Assembly (NCBI GenBank): GCA_024704765.1
Contig: JAKMXF010000121.1
Location: 1 to 18,116 of the forward strand
DNA: 18,116 nt
Source: Oopsacas minuta
Lineage: Eukaryota > Animalia > Porifera
Reading direction: 5' to 3'
Shown here: positions 9,903 to 18,116 of the stretch, in pieces
How the letters are laid out: the number at the start of each line of letters is the position of its first letter
How positions within the stretch are numbered: the first letter of the stretch is position 1
Notes under the pieces: generated by a model
Database searches by the model: none
The model's input: the letters and a program-made list of their open reading frames with translations, nothing else
What the model was told of the DNA's origin: nothing
Made by a program: the position numbers and the translations under genes

Positions 9903-10249
9903 TGTTCTCAGCCACATTTTCTTGGAAAATCATATATGAAAGAAATAAGTAATTTAGTAACTCACGTAGGATCGAATATCATTGTATATGCCATTCCAAT
10001 CATATTTGTTTCGGATTCCATCAATGGTAGTGTTGATTCCAGGATGAGTGACATTGTGATAGAATCCGATGATGCTGTCAATTTCTGAGACTAGTGGAAT
10101 CTCCAAGTATTTCACACAGCCATTTTTCTTTCTGAAAATCTACAAGAAATATTATTATAGTCAAACTCAGAGGTTGTAGCTAGCATTGAGGGACAATGGA
10201 GCCCCCTAGCGTTTTCGCCCTTCTCATCTCCCTATGGTACGCTAATTTA

Positions 10250-10297
10250 TTGAGGCAACTGTATATCTGCCTCCTCGCAGATATGTAGTTGCCTCAA
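10250..10297 (+). repeat. 48-nt inverted repeat (21-bp stem, 6-nt loop)
   Basis: TTGAGGCAACTGTATATCTGC-CTCCTC-GCAGATATGTAGTTGCCTCAA: 19 Watson-Crick pairs plus two adjacent pairs that would be G-U/U-G in a plus-strand RNA. Confidence 0.9.
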
Positions 10298-10355
10298 GAT
10301 TTCTAATTATGCCCGGAAATAAGTATAAATCAAAAAAATCAGTTCAGGAATATAC

Positions 10356-10499
10356 CTTCATTAGCTTATTCTCTTGAAAGTAAATCCCCTTGCACTTTCT
10401 GACAAAATTCTTCTTTCTGTAGCGATCACTCTTGATTTCTGGTGGGATAATATTCGTCTGGAGGTATCCACGAATTGCTTCATACTCTGTCGCATCCAT
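10356..10499 (-). pseudogene. Ginger transposase first coding exon (N-terminal YPYY-like motif region)
   Basis: ATG at 10499 lies about 180 bp inside the right TIR. The 48 codons MDATEYEAIRGYLQTNIIPPEIKSDRYRKKNFVRKCKGIYFQENKLMK end at donor AAG|GTATAT (10355). This resembles the Y..I..YL...P....K..f.R/K N-terminus of Ginger1/GIN-type integrases. I could not identify the matching acceptor. Confidence 0.75.
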
Positions 10500-10681
10500 A
10501 ATGAAAATGTCAAGTAAATATAAGTATTGATGTTGAAATCTAGAAACAAAGTGAAATGTTAGTGTGTGCATTTAGGAAGTCACACATGTATAAATATGGA
10601 TACTATGTGACTAGGGATGAAATGTTGATATTATTTGATTTGGAATTGCTACTTGCGGGTCAAAATCCTACCCAACAGGAC

Positions 10682-12000
10682 TTTGTTGGCTTCGTTGGAA
10701 GCAGAAATACTATAGGAGAATCAATTTATGCGTTATATTTCTCAGTTAGTTATAAAAGACATTGGACTGGAGATGAAAAACGTTGTAGGTCGAGGATATG
10801 ATGGTGCAGGAAACATGAGTGACTAATTTCGAGGCGTTCAAGACAGAATCAAGGAATCATCAATAATGCAACATATACTCACTGTAAATCCCATTCGTTG
10901 AATATTGCCATAGGCTCTTCATGTAGAGTTAAACTTGTCCGAAACATGTATGATACGGCACAAAAGTTGTTGCAATTCATAAATACTTTACCAAAACGCT
11001 TAGAGCTCTACCTGGGCAACGCTGCAAACTTCCCTGCCTAAGATTAAACAATTTTGTCCGACAAGATGGTCCGCAAGAGCAGAGAGTACATCTTCTATCT
11101 TACACTGTTTCCATCATATATACGATTCGCTTATCGCATCACAGTCGGATGATAACACTTCCGTAAGAACCACAGCGACTGCACTGACCAATACCCTACC
11201 GAAGACTGACTCCCTCATCTGCCTTTTCATAGCTGATGGAGTCTTACAACACACCAATGGTCTGAGTGATGGACTCCAAACTGTCGATTGTGATCTTGTA
11301 AGAGCCAATGATCATGCTAAATCCCTTGTTTCTCTCTTACAAGTCAAACGTGACGATGATACTTACCGCAAGATTTGGAAATCAGAACGTCAGTTGGGGA
11401 ATAATACAATGTTGTTCCTAGAGCTCCAAGTTTTGTACAAAGGCAACAGCATAGAGCGAACATACCTGCAGATTCAGCGTGCGAGTAGCGATTGAACGTG
11501 TTCCTTCCTTTCATCGACCACCTAGTCAGGCAACTGGTGGATCGCTAAAAACGTTACCGCCCCTGAAAGCCGAACTCATTTTCCTAAAATACGTTCATTG
11601 TTTGGGAACTGCTGACTTGGAGGACATAAAACAAGAATTCGGCCTACTCCTACCTGTACCTCTGAAAGCAGATGCAGAATTAGAACTTTGGAAGCATCAT
11701 GTATCCTGTGAACATCGGGAATCCGAGGTGAAATCTACTGTGAAAACACAGAACAGTTTTTCCAGAACCTTCATGTGATCAGCTGCATCATTCTTACTAT
11801 GACTGTGTCCACGGCCTCAGTGGAGCGATTTTTCAGTGCACTACGCATATTGAAAACATACATGAGATCAACAATGTCAGATGGCAAATTGTCAGGACTC
11901 GCTCTAATGCATGTCCACAAAGATGTTCCAATACACTCGAACGTGTATTAGAAAAGTTTGATTCCTCCGGACAAGGAGAATTCTTGTTGCTATTGATTAA
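10682..12000 (+). pseudogene. Outer hAT transposase, 3' part
   Basis: Continues ...VVAED|FVGFV in frame across the Ginger insertion. Then GYDGAGNM, ATYTHCKSHSLNIAI, FCPTRWSAR and TVSTASVERFFSALRILKTYMRSTMSDGKLSGLALMHVH (dimerisation domain). Probable stop at 11998-12000. Many frameshifts and stops. Confidence 0.92.
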
Positions 12001-13023
12001 GTGATAAATTAAGTATTTATAAGTTTGTGCTGTGGAGCCTTTGTTTAAAATATATTTATGTTAGCTATAGACATGGCATGGCCATCTTCACTATTAATTT
12101 TCTTCAAATGTCTTTGTATTGTTATTTATTGGTTGAAATTTCCACTAACAATGGAATAAAGGAACTAAATAATAGTTACGTATTCTCCCGTCCTGTAACC
12201 TAAGTTTGTGATTCATTCCCAAATTGAGCGTACATCATTTTTAATCCTGCGGGCGCCCTGGTTATAATATATTCGTACCAGGCTCATGCCGAAAATATAG
12301 GCCTGTTGTGACCATGCGACCACTAGATTATACCATAGCCTACTATACATATAGTCAATCAGTAACTAGGGATATGTATCCAATATAGCAAATGACAAAT
12401 GATTTCTATATTGTAGAAATGGCGAATTTGCCAGACTAAATGTATCACATACTTTTAGAAAAACAAATTATCAACCATTATAGGCTAAAGTATTTCAGAA
12501 ATGTGTCAAAATGTCTCTTCGCAATTATTTAATAAAATATATCATTCTTTGATCACTTTTAGAGGGTAGAATATTGCGTCATTCATTTCACAGATGATAT
12601 GAAACGATCCAACATATCATACTAAATGTTTCTATTATAAAACTTTGTATTATAAAACTTTGCTCGTACTTGGGCTACAGTAGAGACCAAGGATGACACA
12701 TTTTTGAATACCCAATTATAACTAGATATTAAATTCTTATCTAATAAGAATTGCCAATTAGCCAATAACTGATTTCCCATACCCTGATAATACATTTTGA
12801 TGCGATAATTAGGGCCGGATTAAGGGAAGTGGGGGGCCTAAGCCCAATCATGACCTTCGTCACGCCAATTTATTGATTGGACCAATTACAGTTTAGATAT
12901 ACTGACATCATATCGTGACAAATTCATATGAACAATTGATGATTACTAATTTCGAATTTGAAACTCTAATTATGGTCACCCATTATTAACCTAGTTCACG
13001 CAGCCCATTAAGAGCCCCAGATG

Positions 13024-13146
13024 CAGGGCTCTCAGCCTGGAATTCATCAAAATCTTGAGATGTGCAATTTAGTATTAGCTTTCGGTGAAAGGATCAGGGA
13101 TTCTGCAGTATTTGTAGACCCGAAATCTTGAGAGTTGAGAGCCCTG
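13024..13146. mobile_element. 123-bp MITE-like element with 6-bp TSD
   Basis: Perfect 11-bp TIRs CAGGGCTCTCA (13024-13034) and TGAGAGCCCTG (13136-13146). CAGATG is duplicated at 13018-13023 and 13147-13152. Confidence 0.8.
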
Positions 13147-13613
13147 CAGATGCATAAGTTCCGAAACGATGATTATCAAGAAGTTGGGGGCCAGTAGCTG
13201 AGTCGGGAATTCTGGTGGGGATAATCATCCATCAGTGTTCAGTGGTGGATCCCGTAGGGGGGTAGGGGGATTATAGCATTCTAATACATTAAGGCAATAG
13301 CACTGACTAAAATTCTTGGACCACGGATCGGTTAAACAAGTTAGGTACAATATTCAAGACAAGCTTAAATATCAAGTTATAGCACATTCAGTTAGCCAAG
13401 TTACAATGAAACAAATGTCTAAAATGTTTAAATATATTTGTTTCATTGAAATTTCCTTTTCCCATTCTTTTATTTATCCCTTATATCAGAATGAAGAATT
13501 AAACCATATTGTATAATATTGAGAATATACAACTATAGTACAAATTGTATATTCACGGGCAAGCTGCATTTGTCAGAATCTTTAAGTTATCATTTGTCAG
13601 CATAATTAAAGTA

Positions 13614-13783
13614 GGCATTTGTCAGAATGGAATTTTGCATAACTGGCTGTAATCAGAATGGACTCCTCCAGAACTGGCACTTGTCAGAATGGAATTTTGC
13701 AGAACTGGCACTAGTCAGAATGAACTTTTGCAAATTGACACTTGTCAAAATGGACTTTTGCAAAATTGGCATTTGTCAGAATT
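13614..13783 (+). repeat. Tandem array of about 5.5 units of 30-31 bp
   Basis: Units of approximately GGCACTTGTCAGAATGGAATTTTGCAGAACT start at 13614, 13645, 13676, 13707, 13737 and 13768. Partial GCATTTGTCAGAAT-like copies lie upstream near 13566 and 13591. Confidence 0.9.
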
Positions 13784-13899
13784 GTCACGTTTCAGAAATT
13801 AGACTTTTCTTTGTGTCAGTTTGAAGTTTGAAATATATGATGATAAATTGTATATTAGAGGTTTTGAATGTTAGCATAATGAATTAATATAAATTAGAA

Positions 13900-16176
13900 C
13901 AGCGTTTCTCAAACTTTTTTCTGACAGTGCCCCTTGTCAACAATATTCCCTCGATACTGCCCCCCTCCAGAAAGTCTAAATGTTTTTACTACACTCGCAT
14001 TTGTTTAATGATAAATAAGTAGTATTTATCAATTAATGAGAAGAGTCTACTTGAGCGTGATGTTCGTCGATAATCCCATTTACATCTGGTTTCATATCAG
14101 TTAGCAGCAATCTCAAATCTTCTCATTGAGAAATATCTAGTATTTCCTTGTTTCGTTAGTAATTGAACGACTGCACTAAAACCTTTCTCAACGAGATATG
14201 ATGTCGGAAACACCAGGATTAGCGGTTTTGCTACTTTCCACAAATTGGGAAACTTATTTCGTCCTGCGACTGCAATCCAAAATCGTTCATACCCCATCAT
14301 TGTAAAATGAGCTTTTTCCTCGCAATCACTTTGCAAGTCCATCAGCTCTTCCTGCAAATAGAGTGGAACTGTTGGGGCATCCACACAGAAAGGGTCAATT
14401 AGCCAATGAGGCGGTTCAAGTTCCAACAAGTCAGTGAATCGCTTGATCATATCCGCTTTCAGTACTTCAAGATGTTCACAATATGCTAGCAAATCGTCAT
14501 CTGAAATTTGCAGTCCTGCTAGGTGAGGAAACTGGTAAAATTCTCGTCGACCGATATTTTGTTTAAATAACGTTAGTTTCTTATGAAGGAGCTGACAACA
14601 ATTTGCGCTTGACCAGAGTTGCTACATTGCCTTGTAGTTGCAAGTTCATTGCGTTGAACTTATCAAAAATGTCAGTCAAGTAAACTACATCTGATTTCGC
14701 TGCACTGACAAGCTGCATTAACTGCGGGTTCTCTTCCTCTAAAAATTCTAAAATGGTTTCGAAAAGACTGTAGAACCGACTGAGACATTTCCTTTTGAGA
14801 GCCACCTCACTTCTGTGTGCAAAAGCAGACGTTCAAATTCTGTTTCGTTTTCGTGACATACGAAATATTCTTTCCTTGGGTGCGGAAGCTTTGATTTTAT
14901 TAATAACAGTAATGACGATATGCTATGAGTTGCGCAAGCGACTACTTAGATGTTTTGCTACCAAATGTTCTTGATGGACGACGCAGTGAATAGCGAAAAC
15001 CTTAGGCACAGCCTTCTTCAAGTACGAAATGAACCACAATTCCTACCAACCATAGCTTGCGCCCCATCTGTTGCACAAGCAATGATATTATTCATGGGAA
15101 TTTCCTTTTCCTGAAAGAAATTTTCCACGACTTTGTAGATGGATTCACCTCTTGTATCAGTTGCTAGTGTTCTAGCAAACAATATTTCTTCAACCATTAT
15201 TCTTCGAGAATATATTGGACATATGCAAGGAGCAGTGCTTCGTTACCTGGCGATGTGGATTCGTCAATTTGAGGAGAAAATTTCGTTGTTTTAAGTATAC
15301 TGTATAGGGTTTACTTAATATCATTAGCCATCAAATTTATTCTCCTAGCCGCAGTATCATTGCTTAACGCAATGGACTTAATCACACCACCCATCTGAAT
15401 ACATAACAGTTCTAACTGCCTGGATTGCAGGTAAAATGAGTTGTTCACCAATTGTATGTGGTTTACCAGATTTTGCACTTAGTAACGAAATGTTATAGGA
15501 GGCAACCAAACCATCAATGTTTTGTCTATCTAATTTTTCAAAGATTCTGCCCATTATTTGGGGCTGTCTCTCAATTTAATGAAGAATTGCACATCTTTCT
15601 CTACCTTATTACTGTGGCGCGATTTCAGATGATAAATCATTCTTGATGGCTTTATTCCCTCATTAGAAAAAACTTGTTCGCACAACAAACACATTGGGAG
15701 TTGTTCATTGGAAGGAGATTTAACAAATCCGTATTTGATATAATCAGCACTATACTGTCTACACTTCTTTTTACTATTCATTTCTTCGATCGAGTTTATC
15801 AATTCCTTTTGGTTTAGATTTCTACGTATCTATTTATATTGCAATTAAACAGATTACTAGCTATTACGAAGTCTAAATTTGTTTGAAGAACAGTGATAAT
15901 TATATTTCGATTAGGAAAACCATAGACGTTGTAACAAAAGAATTCTTCATTCATTTTAAGGATTAGATGTTGTTAGTAATCACCAAGAGTATTACCACTG
16001 TAAATGGCTTTGATCTTTGAAGTATTTGTTAGCATCTATTGTTAATGAATAATGAGGAATATGATACCACTTTTTTGACGTGGGTCGTATCTCTGTTTCG
16101 CTTTCTATAACCCACAGCGCCCCTTGCTACGTGGCGGCCCCCCAGGTGGCCCTATGGCCCACTTTGAGAAACACGG
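13900..16176 (-). mobile_element. Buster/Charlie-group hAT transposon (2277 bp)
   Basis: TIRs CAGCGTTTCTCAAACT (13900-13915) and ACTTTGAGAAACACGG (16161-16176) match at 13/16. Flanks AATTAGAA and ATTTAGTT match at 5/8 and both have the central TA typical of Buster targets. Confidence 0.85.
14033..15781 (-). pseudogene. Buster-type transposase with BED finger (ZBED5/SCAND3-like family), degenerate
   Basis: MNSKKKCRQYSADYIKYGF...PMCLLCEQVFSN..IKPSRMIYHLKSRH (BED finger), FSPQIDESTS..EALLLAYVQY, CATDGAQAMVG, IHCVVHQEHL, HTEVRWLSKG and FPTSYLVEKGFS. Several frameshifts. Confidence 0.95.
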
Positions 16177-16878
16177 ATTTAGTTGTACTCAGGGTCAGTC
16201 AGTCACATAGTTGTCAAGTCCCACGGACCTGAAGTTAGTCTCACTTTGAAATTTAATGTTACAACCGTGGTTAGCTAGAAAAGGACAGTGTTAAGATCAT
16301 GATGGTAGCTAAAATAGTATTACTAGTCGATATTTAAAATTTCTTTTCAAAAAATCTAACTAAAATAACGATGATCTTAACGTTAAGTGATCATCGACTC
16401 TTATTTAGGTGGAAGTAACTATTGGTCAAAGGAATACTTCCCAGATGGTGGGATAAAAGCATCGATTTCTTAACATTAAATCGGGGTACTCTTAGGAATC
16501 TTTATTTAGTCTTTTGATACGCTAGGGAAGTTTCGATAGGTCATCTAGTGTAATATCAGCTTCTCCTTCTCCCATTCATGACAGATTCCCATGTTCTTCC
16601 TCCAAAAGATTATTAACTACATCACATATTATTCATATCTCAGACTGACTTTACTGGATCCCGCACGCTAGACCAGGTTCTCCCATTTTAGCTCCACTAT
16701 AGTTGATAAGCATATTAACTTGCGATCCATGGTACCACAATCCATGTGTGGGTTTTCTGACGACAGATGCATTACAAAATCGATTGCAAAGTTATTTAGG
16801 TTCTCTAATTATACCCAGACTAATTTACAAAATGATAAATGGTGAAATCATCATATAGTATACTTTGACCACACTCAT

Positions 16879-17323
16879 TTAACTGTATAGATTAAAGTGT
16901 ATGTATAATATCTTATTTGGTTGGCCTAAGAAATTTCGGGTAGTGTAAATTATATTCTCTACTTTCATGTACGAAAGTTGTGCTGAAATCCTTCGCAATC
17001 TTGAGTATATTTGCTCACAAACTTACTAGTTCTGTGTCTGAATCTCTCCAGCTTGAATATTTCTCAATGGAGAATACAGGATTACACTTATGATTTGTTG
17101 AATTAAACCGGTCAATCAAGAAAGTGCTTTTCCTGAAACTCTTGGGATTTCTACAAACAGGGGTGGCTAGAGTAAATCTACATTCATTGGGACATAATGC
17201 TTCTAAAGGGCACAAATTCTCAGGAAAATTGAGTCCCTCGTTCAGTTGACCACAGTAAGTTTCCTTCATTGATTGCGTAGGAGTGTGAGGAATAGCTTGT
17301 TTGGTAACAATATTGAAGGTCAC
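16879..17323 (-). pseudogene. Probable Kyakuja-Dileera-Zisupton (KDZ) transposase C-terminal remnant
   Basis: RNPKSFRKSTFLIDRFNSTNHKCNPVFSIEKY...DTE, then after a frameshift CEQIYSRLRRISAQLSYMKVENIIYTTRNFLGQPN. This resembles the KDZ pattern R.P..F....F.+DRFH..NH.C ... E..EQ..S.L.r....sYM...n.......Fl. The expected YD..C motif is degenerate and no element ends were found. Confidence 0.55.
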
Positions 17324-18116
17324 TGGGTGGTAATACTTAGAACATGTCTCTGTTTCTGGTGTTCCTTGAAATCCGAGAATCGTTTCCCTTTATGACCAAG
17401 TAACTTTACAGTCTATGTAATACCATCTGTTATTGGATAATTTATAGTTATAAATCAGATTCATAAGTTATCGAGATAAACTTCTTCGAAAACTTATGGA
17501 CTTGACGAGATCTGATTGCAAGAGGAGAATAACGAGGTAGGCATTGGTCTTATATAGCCATCCTATGTGCTATAGTATGGAGACTATCGCAATAAACGCA
17601 TTGCATACAATGACCATCCTTGATGAAGATTAAATCTCCATTTACAAGTTGAATTATAGGTAAATCACATGAATATAGCTCATAGGGATAAAGTTATAAT
17701 GTAAATGCCGAGTGACTTAGTACATTTTAAGACTTTTATATTTACTAACACGTACCAGATTTTTCATTAATAGCGTAATCATTCATTAAGACTGTTTCAG
17801 TGCTGGTTAATAGACGAATTTTTAAGAAGAATGAGTAGATATTGTTCTTTAGGAGCATATATTAATTCAGTCATCTCAAATTGCCACATGCCGTTGACTC
17901 TCCTGACATGATACTTCCTGATCTAGGTAAATAATTCGTCAACAGTTATGAATTTTGTTTTGATTGCGATTAGTAGCTAAGTTATAACAGTATAATAATT
18001 AACTACGGGTAACATACTGTGACGCAACGATAGTTTAACAAGCTGGGGGTAAGTGTTTAATAGAAATACAAATAAGATCAGGTCTATCCTAAGTTACTAA
18101 CTACTGTGTAAAGGTT

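Larger units (their letters stand above)
1657..10677 (-). mobile_element. Ginger (Gypsy-integrase-related) DNA transposon, Ginger1-like; 9021 bp with nested inserts, about 5.8 kb without
   Basis: TIRs TGTTGCGTAGGATTTTGACCCACAA (1657-1681) and TTGCGGGTCAAAATCCTACCCAACA (10653-10677) match at 23/25. Termini are TGT...ACA. The 4-bp TSD GGAC is perfect (1653-1656, 10678-10681). The element encodes an intron-containing Gypsy-like integrase and I found no RT, RNase H or gag. Confidence 0.92.
559..12260 (+). mobile_element. Outer hAT DNA transposon (ZnF-TTF/ZMYM1-like transposase class), about 2.7 kb once the Ginger insert is removed
   Basis: Imperfect TIRs: CAGGGGCGCCCACAAG (559-574) versus the reverse complement of CCTGCGGGCGCCCTG (12246-12260), CAGGGCGCCCGCAGG. 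They bracket hAT transposase fragments. The 8-bp flanks (AATTATAT, GTTATAAT) do not match, so the TSD is decayed or the ends are slightly off. Confidence 0.7.

Noticed and set aside
4517-10499. Gypsy LTR retrotransposon or Polinton as the source of the integrase
   Set aside because: I found no RT, RNase H, gag, protein-primed polymerase or LTRs. The gene has introns and is bounded by TGT...ACA TIRs with a 4-bp TSD.
551-12268. 8-bp TSD for the outer hAT
   Set aside because: AATTATAT and GTTATAAT do not match well enough, so no TSD is claimed.
12633-12662. Perfect 15-bp tandem duplication TATTATAAAACTTTG x2
   Set aside because: It is consistent with ordinary slippage or repair in AT-rich DNA, with no associated element ends.
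12732-12752. 9-bp AT-rich hairpin AATTCTTAT-CTA-ATAAGAATT as a terminator
   Set aside because: Short, AT-only, expected by chance, and intrinsic terminators are not relevant in this context.
13627-13824. 65-aa Cys-rich ORF
   Set aside because: It is a translation of the 31-bp array, and the non-triplet period argues against coding.
6740-15781. Domesticated host genes (ZMYM1, PRKRIR, ZBED5, SCAND3, GIN1, KRBA2-like)
   Set aside because: All are riddled with stops and frameshifts and sit between TIRs, so they are transposon copies. No gene symbols were assigned.

Overview
AT-rich eukaryotic (probably invertebrate animal) DNA made almost entirely of decayed cut-and-paste DNA transposons; I found no intact host gene. 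The centre is a three-level nest. An old hAT element (559-12260, +) was interrupted by a Ginger-type element (1657-10677, -; TGT...ACA 25-bp TIRs, perfect 4-bp GGAC TSD). That element was in turn interrupted by a second hAT (6301-9402, +; 14-bp TIRs, perfect 8-bp GGAGGAGG TSD) and by an 82-bp MITE. Removing each insert by hand restores the reading frame of its host. The Ginger transposase is split by spliceosomal introns, and splicing restores an exact D(35)E integrase spacing. Its C-terminus appears to carry a USP-like (papain-fold) cysteine peptidase domain (WGG...NTC / HF / YD), which is not among the OTU, Ulp1 or PHD add-ons I know for Ginger1. This is the most interesting observation. Also present: the 5' end of a Chapaev/CMC-like transposon (1-527), two short CAG...CTG elements each with a 6-bp TSD, a 31-bp tandem array, a Buster-type hAT (13900-16176, -) and a probable KDZ transposase remnant (~16880-17320, -). 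All protein family calls come from manual translation and motif recognition, not database searches.
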